DNA of 64,000 nucleotides from Octopus vulgaris (taxonomy: Eukaryota), in contig OX597829.1 of the NCBI GenBank assembly GCA_951406725.2, forward strand, positions 28,582,001 through 28,646,000, read 5' to 3'. This document shows positions 38,883-51,570 of this stretch, piece after piece. Each line of letters opens with the position of its first letter. Within the stretch, counting starts at the first letter, position 1. The notes beneath the pieces are model-generated. The model saw nothing but the letters and a program-made list of their open reading frames with translations. It was not told the origin of the DNA and did no database searches. The position numbers and the translations under genes were made by a program.

Positions 38883-39959
38883 GACTAGCATAAGATCATG
38901 GATGCCTCTCTTCTCCTCCTCTTCCTCTCATATAAAAATATAACTGATATAAAAATAAACCAAGCACTCCTTTATAAATGTACGATAAATTTGAGAGAAA
39001 CATCACAACATATTCCCTGGCCGCATTGTTCATGCAGTAGCACACAGGTGGGAAATTTCACATTAACTTTAAACTTTAATATCTTACTCAATCTTCTTTT
39101 TTCTTTCTATTTGTTTTTTTTTTTGTATATTCAGTCATCTATGGTGGGTTTTATGTTACAATACTAAAAAGAATAGTCTTCCATTCTATTTCCTCGAGAC
39201 CTTAATGATATAATGATTATTGGATTTTTATTCTTTTGGAACAATTCTGATTTAGATATTCCAGAGTCTTCTATATTTTACTTGTTTCAGTCATTGGACT
39301 GTGTCCATGCTGGAGCACTGCCTTGAAGGGTTTAGTCAAACAAATCAATCCAAATACATTTTTTTTCTTTTTCAAGAATGTTACTTATTCTATTGAATAC
39401 TTTTGCTGAACAGCTAAGTTACAGGGACATAAACAAACCAACATCAGTTGACAAGTAGTGGGGAGGACAAACACAACACAAAGTCACACACAGATATATA
39501 TATATATATATATATATATACGAAATTATGTTGATGCACATCAAGTGCATGTGTGTGCATACATACGACATGCGTTAACACAGTTTCCATCAACCAAATC
39601 CACTAACAAGGCTGTGGTTGGCCTGGAGCTATAATAGAAGATACTTGCCTAAGGTGCAGCTAGCTGCACAATGAGACTGAACCCAAAACCACAAGGTTGG
39701 GAAGCATTTCCTTAACCATGTTCTGACAATACCAGCTAAACTTTGTATTTACTAATTTTAACACCAACCCATGTCATTTTTAAACCATTCCATTTTGGTT
39801 CTTTAAATTACCAAAATCTTAGAACTCCACAATGATTATTCTACTGCTCTATTGTTGGTGCCAAGAGAAAATGCAAACAGTACACTCCGTAAAGAGGTTG
39901 GTAATAGGAAAGGCATCATGTCATAGAAACCAAGCCAAACTACACACACAAATGCACAA

Positions 39960-40186
39960 TTTTATTTTATTTCTTTACTGCCCACAAGGGACTACACACA
40001 AGGACAGACAAATGGATTAAGTCGATTATATCGACCTCAGTGTGTAACTGGTACTTATTTAATCGATCCCGAAAGGATGAAAAGCAAAGTCAACCTCAGC
40101 GGAATTTGAACTCAGGACGTAGCAGCAGATGAATTACTGCTAAGCATTTTGCCTGGTATGCCAACGTTTCTGTCAGCTCTCCACCA
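39960..40186 (-). mobile_element. SINE family B inserted in a (GAT)n-tailed element
   Basis: Family B sequence with ATGCACAAT on both sides. Confidence 0.85.
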
Positions 40187-40529
40187 GATGCACAATCTTT
40201 GCAAGATAAAGTGTCCATGCTAGCAAGGAAAGTGAATGGATGATGATGATGATGACAATCATCATCATCATCATCATCAGCATATGTTTAAATTAATTTT
40301 AGAAATTTATCAGCAATCTGGAAAGATTTATTAACCCATTAGCATTTAAACCAGCCATATCTGGACCAAATAGTCTCCCTGTTTTATGTTGAATCTAACT
40401 AGATCTGGCCTCTCACCTACTCTACAATGTCATTCTAAGAATAAAACAAACACAACTGAAGTCTTGAAACTGAGATAATGTGTGATTAATACAAAACAAT
40501 TTGAATAAATAAGTATTACATTTGGCAGA

Positions 40530-40854
40530 GGAGGTGCAATGGCCCAGTGGTCAGGGCAGTGGACTTGTGGTCGGAGGATCGCGGTTTCGATTCCCAGACT
40601 GGGCGTTGTGTGTGTGTTTATTGAGTGAAAACACCTAAAGCTCCACGAGGCTCCGGCAGGGGGTGGTGGCAACACCTGTTGTACTCTTTCGCCTCAACTT
40701 TCTCTCACTCTTTCTTCCTGTTTCTTGAGTAACGCTGTGATGGACTGGAGTCCCGTCCAGCTGGGAGGGGGAGACATGTATGCCACAGAAACCGGGAAAC
40801 TGGGCCCATGAGCCTGGCTAGGCTTGAAAAGGGCACATAAATAAATAAATAAAA
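40530..40854 (+). mobile_element. tRNA-derived SINE family C (V-SINE-like segment) nested in a TTAA MITE
   Basis: A box TGGCCCAGTGG, B box GGTTTCGATTCCC, GATGGACTGGAGTCCCGTCCAG segment, (TAAA)n tail; TSD ACATTTG(G/A)CAGAG. Relatives at 41163-41441 and 46977-47205. Confidence 0.8.
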
Positions 40855-42501
40855 ACATTTGACAGAGTAATCTGAATGCTAAAGGGTTAAAATAATATCT
40901 TTCTCATAAGTTTTGTGAATGGAACATGACTTAGTTTCTTTCATGAAATTATTATAGAACAAATTTATTAAAAGAGAAACTTTTCAAAGCAAGATGTTCT
41001 GTGTCATAAAACCAGAAATAACATTGGGGAACTGATGGCCAACATCAGTGGTTTCCAAACGATGTATGTTTCACATGGTTCTTTGTAAATTTCTTTGTTT
41101 CATCAAATCACATCTTTCTAATTTCAATACATTTTTTAAATAGCATATCTTAATACAGTGTGTGGAGGCACATGGCCTAGTGGTTAGAGCAGTGGACTCT
41201 CGGGTTCAAATCTCAGATCGGGCAATGTGTGTGTTTATGAGTGAAACACCTAAGCTATACGTGGCTCCGGTAGAAGGTAATGGCAAACTTCTGCTGACTC
41301 TTTCGCCACAACTTTCTCTCACTCTTTCCTCCTGCATCTTGCAGCTCACCTGTGATGGACTAGCGTCCCGTCCAGGTGGAGAACCTATGTGCCAAGGGAA
41401 CCGGTACTTATGAGCCAGGCATGGCTCGAGAAGGAACAAACAATACAGTATACTGTTGAAAACCATAAAACTACAGTTTTCATCCTTTTAAAAATTATTC
41501 CACTATCTTTTGAAGCTAATTAATATCTCACAACTTTAGTGTATTAGACACAATAGTTCGACCTCTTCAAAAAAAGCCTACAAGGGCTGTCATGGGTGAA
41601 GAGACTGCACATTTAAAATTATTTACAATGCACACACTTATGCAAACAGTAATAATAAGGCTAACAGGTTCAAATTTTGCCTGTACTAGTATTTTGATTA
41701 AGAATCACATAAATACCATTTACAAAATGAAAAGGCAAGAATAAATACTAAAACTCCCATCTCAAAAGTTCAACATCAATTTCTTGCATGATTAAATTAC
41801 AATTGTTAATTCTATTGAGAAATATGTATGAAATATACACACTATCTAGTAGTGTCAAACCTAAAGAATCAAATGATATAGATTTTTAAATCCATTTTTA
41901 TTATAAACACATAGATACATATGTGTATGTATGTGTGCACATCTATGTAAATGTTAACAGCCTATGCTGAGCTATAGTTACAGACAATAACATCATCATT
42001 TGCAGCTCAGCTACAAATGATGATATTGCTATTTACAGCTGGGTTGTGACCAGTGGCTTTTATTGACATTCCTTGTTAGCTAATCATCAGCCAGCGCTGC
42101 ATTTTTGAATTTCTTTCTACAAAAGAATCCTTTACTTGATAAACAGTTGAGGGTTGATGACAGAAAGATCATCTGACACAAAAATCCTGCCTCAGTTACC
42201 AGCCATTTTAAGCCATGCAGGCAATGGAAAAAACAAGATTTTAAACAAAACGAAGTAGTAGTGAATGTGGCAGAGGTAATTATTTTGCTAGGATAGCTAT
42301 TTTAAAAAATGATGATGATAGCTACAAGGACATGTGCATAATATATGAAATATTTTAAGATTTATTAATTTAGCTCTTATCTTTTTGATATCAAAAGTTC
42401 AGGAATGATTCAGCAGAAAAGACCCTAAAATGGGCATTGTTTATTCAAATGTTTATCATATTTACTTGTAGTCAGTTTATTGTGAAAATTAGCATTATTA
42501 T

Positions 42502-43303
42502 TCTTTACTTGTTTCATTCATTTGGCTGTGGCCATGCTGAAGCACTGCCTTAACCCTTTCGTTACCAACCCGGCTGAAACCGGCTCTATCTCTTTTGTAC
42601 AAATGTCTTGTTTTCATAAGTTTTGAATTAAAATCTTCCACCAAACCTTAGTCACAATTTATGTTCCTAACACTAGCTGAATGATAACTGAGTTATTTTA
42701 CTAAATTTTTTGTTATATTTAAAGTAATTGAAAGAAACACAGAGCATCTCAAAATAAATACAGTAACAAAAGGGTTAAAGGGCTTTAGTTGAACAAATCG
42801 ACACCATGATTTATTCTAACAGCCTCTTTTGCCAAACCATTAAGTTATTGGGATGTAAACACACCAACGTCAGTTATCAAGTGACAGCGGGGGGGGGGAC
42901 AAACACACAGACATCTTTATCCACAATGAGCTTATTTCAGTTTCTTATTTCTTTACTGCCCACAAGGGGCTAAATATAGAGGGGACAAACAAGGACAGAC
43001 AAAGGGATTAAGTTGATTACATCGACTCCAGTGCACAACTGGTACTTAATTTATCAACCCCGAAAGGATGAAAGGCTAAGTCGACCATGGCGGAACTTGA
43101 ACTCAGAGAAGACAGCAGACGAAATACCACTAAGCATTTTGCCCAGCATGCAAACGTTTCAGCCAGCTTGCCGCCTTTCAGTTTCTGTCTACCATATCCA
43201 CTTACAAGGCTTTTGTTGGCCAGAGGCAATAGCAGAAGATGTTTGCCTAAGGTGCCACACAGAGGTTGGGAAGGATACTTCTTACCATACAGAGCCACAC
43301 CTG
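42502..43303 (-). mobile_element. Family A SINE carrying a nested TTAA MITE (42550-42778) and a nested family B SINE (~42946-43175)
   Basis: The MITE is bounded by TTAA; SINE B is bounded by the TSD TTTCAGTTTCT; the host SINE is colinear across both. Confidence 0.85.
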
Positions 43304-44407
43304 CAGAAACAGCTTCAATTTTTTTTTTCGGTTTAAAAAAAAAAATTTTTTAATGTAAATAGTCATTAGTGCTAAAAATCATGTTGTGCATATGCGTTTG
43401 CTAGTTAATCACATAATAATTATTGAAATACATACACTCAAGAAACATTGGTGAAAACAAAGATGTTGGTAATAAATGCAATTATTAATAAATATGGATA
43501 CAGAAATATCACAAAATAACAACAGCAAAAAATGAATAAATAAAAACGTTTTCCCTTTAATTTTTTGCTGTTTTTTCATTATGAAACATATGAGTAAGCT
43601 GAGTAATTCCTTTCAGAAACAAAATATTCAGGTATACACAAAATGCTTTGTTAGAAACAAAACTCTGAAAGCAGCAAAAATCCAACAACATAAGAAGTGA
43701 CTTTAACAAACAGCATTAGAGACTGTAAACAAATAAAGGAAAGAATCAGAGTTTTCTCCTTTACAGTAGCAAATACACAACTTCCTTTAACTATTTCAGC
43801 ATTTAAACTGTATCTGGCCACTCACACCTACCCTACAATGTCATTGCAAAAAATAAGTAATCATACCAAAATCTCAAAGCTATGAGGCAATAAATGATTA
43901 ATTTAAAACAATATGAATAAATAAGCATTTGACAGGGTTCAGGCAGAAACAAGACTGACAGATGCATGTGCTGTCAGGTAAATCCATGTCATGTGATAAC
44001 AGGTAATTGTTAAGCACACCTGCATTTGTTTACTTTAAGTTCATTTTCCCATGAGAGCCCGATGCTCTCCCTATTGCTAACCCTTACCTACCTATCTCCC
44101 TTCAAGCTACAGACAATTTGTTAGCAACAAATATCAGAAAAATTTATTTTATTTTATTTTTGCAGCATGGAAGACACAAGTTAGCCATTCAGAAACATAC
44201 GAAGGTTATTATATTCAGTTAAACATTTATAAGTAATACGGTGTCAACATTTTTGTTGCTTGAAACTGCAACCTTTCCACTGATAACAAAATTCTGTTGC
44301 ATTTATATATTTTTAATTTCATGCATGCGCATTGCTTTTGATTTTCTCAACTACACGCTATGGTAGGGTCAGCTGGGCACCGTCCATGAGAAAAACAGCA
44401 TGAGAAA

Positions 44408-44911
44408 ATGCAATTCACTCTGCCAGAAATTTGGAAACGACATGCTGTACTACTTGGCATCCACACTGGAAGCTCCAATACGGGCATTTCAGAGTGATTG
44501 GGCATCAATCTGAGGACATATACTGAGAATAATAAAAATCAAACATCCAGGTGTTTGGAGTGATCTCTAGTGATGGCAACATTATGCCGCCATTCATCTT
44601 CCCACACGGCCTCAGTACCATGCCACACAAGCAGGAGAACCCAGTCGTGGGTGTCAGACACTTTCTGCAACCACATCACCCCTAACATCTGGCCACCTAA
44701 CTCCCCAAACTGCAACCCACATCATTATTATGTGTGGGGTACAGTTGAGCAAGAGACCAACAAAACTCCTTGTAACATCAAAGATGAATGGAAGGCAAGG
44801 ATTATGGCAGCATTTACCAACTTAAATAAAGAGACAATCCAGAAGAGTTACAGGAGATTCCTAAGTTGTTTGGCAGCTGTGGTGGAAGACAGTTGCGATT
44901 TTATTGAATAA
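44408..44911 (+). pseudogene. Internally deleted Tc1/mariner-superfamily transposase (DD37D/maT-like)
   Basis: Fragments MQFTLPEIWKRHAVLLG, VFGVISSDGNIMPPFIFPHGL and PCHTSRRTQSW...WPPNSPNCNPHHYYVWG. The PCH-to-NP spacing fits DD37D, although the catalytic Asp residues are lost. Probable right TIR near 45012-45034. Confidence 0.8.
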
Positions 44912-45060
44912 ATTTACTCATTAGTATTTCAAAACATTTTTATGTAATTTTGATACATAAATCTGGTAAAATGAGATGTTAGTGTTATTTTCATTTTTGC
45001 ATAATTTAGACAACAGTTTATTCACCACACCCTATGTGTGTGTGTGTATTTATATATATA

Positions 45061-45696
45061 CTAGCAGTATCGCCCGGCGTTGCTCGGGTTTGTAAGGGAA
45101 ATAACTATATAAGCATTTTTAGAGAGTTATAGCCAAAAAATAGCAAAAAATGCATTAAAAATGGAAAAAATATGATGGTAAATTTTTTTTTAAATCGTTG
45201 ACTCATCGTAGACATTTTTAGAGAGTTACTTCCCTTATATAATAGCGAAAAAATGCATTAAAATGGAAAAAAAACGATGGTAAATTTTTTTTAAATCGTA
45301 GACTCATGTAGACGCTTTCTTAGCCATTTCTGTTTTGGTGTCTTCAAGCCATGAAGTCGTTGTTCTAAAAGAACGCTGGTCTCCTTGACAACGCATTACG
45401 ACGTTGATTTCCTTACACTCCCTTCCCCACAGGTGCAGGTGTGAGCGTGGACGCCAACTCCACCGCCATCGACACACGAAAAATTATGCATTAAAATGGA
45501 ATAAAAAATGATGTTAAATTATTTTTAAAATCGTAGACTCATCGTAGACGCGCGTTAATACTCAGACGGGCTCGATATGAATCACGACTATAAGCTACCC
45601 GAATTTGGTTAAACTGCACCGCAAAATGTGGGAGTAGTTAGGAATCTAAATCGAAGGGGACAGACACTCACACAACTACAGTTTTATATATATAGA
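45061..45696 (-). mobile_element. Non-autonomous Helitron-like element, intact ends
   Basis: Minus strand A|TCTATATATATAAAAC...CCCGAGCAACGCCGGG-CGATACTG-CTAG|T, no TSD, internal ~100-bp tandem duplication. Confidence 0.8.
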
Positions 45697-45704
45697 TATA
45701 CATA

Positions 45705-46140
45705 GCGCAGTAGTGGTGAGATGTGACAGCAAAGAAAAGCATACATTCACTCTCTGCATGCAATTAGACTCGGAAAGTTCGTGAGGAACCCATTGACCCA
45801 ATTTGCTGACTTTTCCGATAGCACACAGGTCTCAATGAATGGTTGAATGACCAAATCCAAGCTTCTCTGCTAGTTCCTCAACAGTTACGATGAGATTTTG
45901 TTCCACCAGGGTTTTCAGGATGTCCTTGTCGAGTTCTACAGATCTTTCAGGATGAGGCTCGTCTTCTAGGCTGTAGTTTATGGCTCGGAATTTCTGGAAC
46001 CACCATTGACACTGCCTTACGCTTATTGTCCAATCCCCATATACTGCATTAATATTTCTTGTACTTTCCGTTGCGTTGTTGTCTTTATTGAACTCATAAA
46101 GCAAAATATGCCAAATATGCTCCTTTGTTACTTCCAACAT
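45705..46140 (-). pseudogene. Mariner transposase N-terminal relic (HTH + WVPHEL linker)
   Basis: ORF 45832-46140 resembles the mariner DNA-binding domain (HILLYEF...INAVYG...WFQKFR...LEDEP). Reading past the stop gives DLCAIGKVSKLGQWVPHELSE. Confidence 0.9.
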
Positions 46141-46932
46141 AGCTTTGAAAAAAATAGCTGTTAAAATCGAAATGCACTCTTCAAAACTTGCACTATGAAT
46201 AAGGACAAGATAAAATTACTACCTGCTTTTATAGCAAGTTAATATAAGTAGTTTATCCCATTCCCCTCTGACTTTTAGTTCAAGCTGTTGAAAAAACCGC
46301 ATTATTATATATATATACATACATACATACATACATATACACACACACTCTCTCTCACACACACATGCACACATTTATATTCTGTTATTCTTTTATATGT
46401 TTCAGCCTTGAGGTTGTGGCCATGCTGGATCATGTGTGTGTGTGTGTGTGTGTCTATCTGTCTGTCTGTCTGTATGTATATATATATGTATATGTATGTG
46501 TGTGAATAATAATATTTTCAACAGATGTGTTGCAAATGTATCTGATTGTTCTCAAGCTTCAAATTTACTCTCTTCCAAGAACATTTTCACTCACTCTTAT
46601 TTGTTAGCTTCCCATACATTTTACTCATGTATCTATCAGCGTTCATGGACAGAACAAATATTACATCTAGTTTCATTTTATTCGTTACACAGTGTGTGTG
46701 TGCGTTTGCGTGTGCTGTAAACCAGACTAAGAAAAGCATTTGACACACACACCAGAATGTGAGTTTTCTGTAAATTTTGCTTAATTGGAGTTTAAATTTT
46801 AAAAACTGGAGCTGGCATGACGCGATGCATTGTACTCTTAAAATTGCTAGGTAAATTGTAATTGAAGAAATCCTATATTGTAGATTTGTATAACTCCCAA
46901 AGGGAGGCAGATAAAATCTGCCTTTTATAATA

Positions 46933-46963
<31 letters not shown>

Positions 46964-47274
46964 ATAGATTGGTCATAGGATTGTGGTTTCGATTCCCAGG
47001 CCGAGTGTTGGGAGTGTTTATTGAATGAAAACACCCAAAGTTCTATGAGGTTCCAGCAGGGGATGGTGGTGATCCCTGCTGTACTTTTTCACAACTTTCT
47101 CTCACTCTTTCTTCTGTTGGTTTGCTCGTGGGGTGGCTTCATTTGAAGGCTAAAACAATGCGAAGCGATGTGTAGCAACATGTGATAGCAACACAGTGAT
47201 ATATAATAATATTAGGGAGTATATCCAAACTTACAGGGAAAAATTAGATTTAGGATTAAATCAAATTTTATAAA

Positions 47275-47547
47275 ATATATAAAAATTTTCAGAATGAGAT
47301 AAAAAATCCAAGGCTGTGAAAGATTTTAGAACATTTATAAACAGGTCTTACAGCTGTTTCTAGGATATTTTATATATCCCTTCATTGGAGACAGTGTGAG
47401 AAAACTGTTGCATAACCATTTTCTCACACTGTCTCCGATGAAGGAATATATAAAATATCCTGGAAACAGCTGTAAGACCTGTTTATAAATGTTCTAAAAT
47501 CTTTCACAGCCTTGGATTTTTATCTCATTCTGTTAATTTTTATATAT
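47275..47547. mobile_element. Fold-back (~130-bp arms) Penelope-like module with a hammerhead motif in each arm
   Basis: Arms 47275-47404 / 47419-47547. Plus-strand fold at 47431-47478: GTCT-CCGATGA-AGGA..TCCT-G-GAA-ACAGCTGT-A-AGAC. Confidence 0.75.
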
Positions 47548-47711
47548 ACACATGCTGATGGGCTTCTTTCAGTTTCTGTCTACCAAATCCACTCACAAGG
47601 TTTTGCTCGGCCCGAGGCTATAGTAGAAGATACTTGCCCAAGGTGCCACACAGTGGGACTGAACCTGAAACCAAGTGCTTAGTAAGCAAGCTACTTACCA
47701 CACAGCCACTC

Positions 47712-48711
47712 ACATATATACATACAATATATACATACAATACATATATATATACATATATACACATACAATATATATATATACATATATATATATACAT
47801 ATATACACATACAATATATATATATACATACTATATATATATACATACATACACATACAATATATATATATATACATACATACAATATATATACATACAC
47901 ATACATACAATATATATACATACATACAATATGTATAAGGGTGAAAAGGAACACACGAGTTGATATATATGAAAAAACAAGTCAAAAATAGAAAATGCTA
48001 AAATAATTTTATAGTGAACATTTCAGTACCGGTTTCGGTCATTTTGAGACCTTTTCAACTGTAACGATTAAATAATTAAATTTAGAAAAATTAGAAGAAA
48101 AGTTTTTTTAAAAGAATATTTCTATAGTAGTGTTCAGATTTAAGTGGCATTCTGCCTTTCTCTGACTCCCTTGTTTGCACTTGTGTGTTGGAGGCCGTTG
48201 TGCATACAATATATATATATATATATACATACATACAATATATATATACATACAATATATATATATACATACATACAATATATATACATATACATACATA
48301 CAATATATATACATATACATACATACAATATATATACATATACATACACACAATATATATACATATATATATACATACATACAATATATATATATATATA
48401 TACATACATACAATATATATATATATATATATACATACATACAATATATATATATATATATACATACATACAATATATATATATATATATATACATACAT
48501 ACAATATATATATATATATATACATACATACAATATATATATATATATATACATACATACAATATATATATATATATATATACATACATACAATATATAT
48601 ATATATATATACATACATACAATATATATATATATATATACATACATACAATATATATATATATATATATATATACATACATACAATATATATATATATA
48701 TATACATACAT

Positions 48712-48751
<40 letters not shown>

Positions 48752-48831
48752 CTTTGATACTTTGATAGGTTTCGGCCATTATTGGCCCAGGCCATGTCTA
48801 ACTTAATAGCACCACCTGGTGCATACATACA

Positions 48832-48862
<31 letters not shown>

Positions 48863-48865
48863 CAA
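47712..48865. repeat. Higher-order CAA(TA)nCATACATA minisatellite interrupted by two unique modules
   Basis: About 20-35-bp units at 47712-47935, 48203-48752 and 48822-48865; source of the long spurious YI/CM ORFs. Confidence 0.9.
48024..48061 (-). ncRNA. Minimal type I hammerhead motif, U3-A8 core variant
   Basis: Minus strand CAG-TTGAAAA-GGTC-TCAAAAT-GACC-GAA-ACCGGT-A-CTG. Confidence 0.6.
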
Positions 48866-49301
48866 ATTCAGAATTTGATAAAGCAATATCCATGTAAGGG
48901 ATTGTTAAAAACAATCCCTATGCCAACTGTGTTTAACCAAATATATTGATAGGAAGGTCATCAATATATATGTGTATAAAGAAATCATAAAATTAAAGTC
49001 AATAAAAGAAAATGGAGAAGAATAATTCAAAAGATGCTTGATTTGTTTTGTTTGTATTACAATTGGAAATGTAATGCAAAGGAAAAGACGAAAAAATACA
49101 CCTATAAGAGTATAAAAGGAACCGCCTCAACTAATAAAATAACCCAAATAATATTACGCATCCCGCAAAAAGATATGCCACATACATATGTATGTTTCAA
49201 TATAGCAATATTTGAGAATAATGAATAATTATAACTTAAAAAGATGCAATAATCTGTATATTGTTAAATCTCTTCAGGAAAAATAAGTGTAGTTTATATA
49301 T

Positions 49302-49474
49302 AGGCGCAGGAGTGGCTGTGTGGTGTGTGGTAAGTAGCTTGTTTACCAACCACATGGTTCCGGGTTCAGTCCCACTGCGTGGCACCTTGGGCAAGTGTCT
49401 TCTACTATAGCCTTGGGCCGACCAAAGCCTTGTGAGTGGATTTGGTAGACGGAAACTGAAAGAAGCCCGTCGTA

Positions 49475-49505
<31 letters not shown>

Positions 49506-49720
49506 GCGTGTGTGTGTTTGTGTTTCTGTGTTTGTCCCCCTAGCATTGCTAGACAACCGATGCTGGTGTGTTTATGTCCCCGTTACTTAGCGGTTCGGCA
49601 AAAGATACCGATAGAATAAGTATTGGGCTTACAAAAGAATAAGTCCCGGGGTCGAGTTGCACGATGAAAGGTGGTGCTCCAGCATGGCCGCAGTCAAATG
49701 ACTGAAACAAGTAAAAGAGT
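49302..49720 (+). mobile_element. SINE family A, near-intact
   Basis: Full-length match to other family A copies; TA-rich flanks. Confidence 0.9.
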
Positions 49721-50037
49721 ATATATATTGCAAATAAGAAAATGGAGAAGCACAATAGTTGGTTCATCAACATTAGGACAGTAAAATGTTAACTTATTTA
49801 TTTATTAAAATGATAATTATAATAACATACATACATATCATTTATCCTAAATATTAAATTATACCAACAGTATATTGGATAGATATTATTCCTTAGTAGG
49901 TGGGACCCACAACCCCTAACTTTCTTGGAATTATATATATATATATATATATAAATTAATTAAGGGTAGAAATTGATATTTATCAATTAAGACCAGTGGT
50001 CTAGCATATTAAAAAAGAATCCGAAGATTAAAATATT

Positions 50038-50207
50038 TATATATACCAATTAAGGACTGAACACGAAAAGTGGACAGTCAACATGCTAGATATAGACGTC
50101 AAATCGCCATTCACCACAAAATCTTTTGTGGTGAATGGTGATTTGACGTCTATATCTAGCATGTTGACTGTCCACTTTTCGTGTTCAGTCCTTAATTGGT
50201 ATATATA
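50038..50207. repeat. Near-perfect 170-bp palindrome adjoining (TA)n
   Basis: 84-bp arms, 2-nt centre (TC, 50122-50123), one G:T mismatch seen. Confidence 0.95.
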
Positions 50208-50214
50208 TATATAT

Positions 50215-50254
<40 letters not shown>

Positions 50255-51402
50255 TTTTCATGGACATGAAATGTGAACTAAAACGCTTAAAAGGACGAAT
50301 CATCTTTTATTTTTGTCAACTTATTATTTCACCCATAAGGCATTGGTCAGTCTCAGTTAGTGAAACAGAAATGAAATGGGGGATAAGAATGTGACTGAGG
50401 TCTCCAGTTCTGTCTCACTGCTTGACATTTATATACACACACACACACGCAATGTGTGTGTGTATATAATTTATATATATAGTGTTAATAACTGCATTGG
50501 AAATACACCAATTTTCAACTTTATTAGGACCTATACTACTTACTATATGTGTGTTTACACACACACCATTTCTAAAGGTTCATCATTCCTAACCTCTGTT
50601 TTTCACCTGTTACTATTATTATCATTGGTGTTTACATTTGTATCAAAATACTGGTCTCTTGTACCCCCAAACATCTTTTCTCTCACAGCTTACACCCCCA
50701 CCTTCTACCCACTACCCAACACAACACATACACTTTCACATATCCATCAACTTTACCAAATCACCTCCCTTTATTCCTCACCACCACCAGCACCTCTCTC
50801 TCCCTTATCATAGTCTTTCCTCCCTGTCCTACAGCCTTGCTATCAATGACACTCCTACCACACCTCCCACTCTTTCTCAACTTCACTCCAGACATACATC
50901 TTACTCTCTTATAAGCTTCTTTCTCCCTTTATCTATTTCTTGCTCTCTCTCTCTCTCTCTCTGTCTATCTTTTTCTCCCCTTCTCTCTCACTAGCTTGCT
51001 TCCTACTTAGCTCCTTCACTTCAACACCTTCCACTTACTACTTCCCTAACCCTCCAGCTCTGCCAAAACCATTCATAAATTGACACAATTCAGTCTCTGA
51101 AATATATCTTCTACTCTAATAATGATGGTTAGTGGAACCTTCCTTTATTTTGCCCAAACAACTGTGGTTCATGCTATAAGATTATGAACAAATCGTTTTA
51201 TATAATATTACTCTGTATTCAACATAGAGTTATAATTGTGCACAAGTATAACTAATAGACTGATTGGAAGCACTCATACATGTGCATGTGTATGTGTGTG
51301 TGTTTATAAATAAGTGAGTGTGTGTGTGTGTTTGTGTGTGTATAATCATCAGTAGTTTGTATATCCCAAAAAAAAAGCACATTCTAAAACTTTAGAGCAG
51401 TA

Positions 51403-51570
51403 ATATATAGCTTTTAGGAAGGTTTATTGCTGTGATCAGTCAGAGAGTGACCATTGGTTACACACCTATAAAGTGTTTAGCCTACAAGTCACTTATACAG
51501 CTTTATAGGTGCAAAACCAATGGTCACTCTCCAACCAGGTGTAACAATAAACTTCCTAAAAATATATATA
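51403..51570. repeat. Degenerate TA-flanked inverted repeat
   Basis: TTTTAGGAAGGTTTATTG..GAGAGTGACCATTGGTT..CACCTATAAAG versus CTTTATAGGTG..AACCAATGGTCACTCTC..CAATAAACTTCCTAAAA. Confidence 0.8.

Noticed and set aside
18590-39056. ETS (ACAGGAAGTG, ~18594) and CSL (GTGGGAA, ~20064 and ~39048) motifs as sprouty enhancers
   Set aside because: Isolated short motifs at roughly chance frequency; no clustering or conservation evidence.
47618-48861. Long ORFs of YI/CM/HT repeats (also 37016-37432)
   Set aside because: They are translations of stop-free microsatellites.
49178-49280. Minus-strand CTGAAGA...GAAAC-ATACATATGTATGT hammerhead candidate
   Set aside because: Very long, poorly paired stem II, no valid NUH triplet and no stem I.
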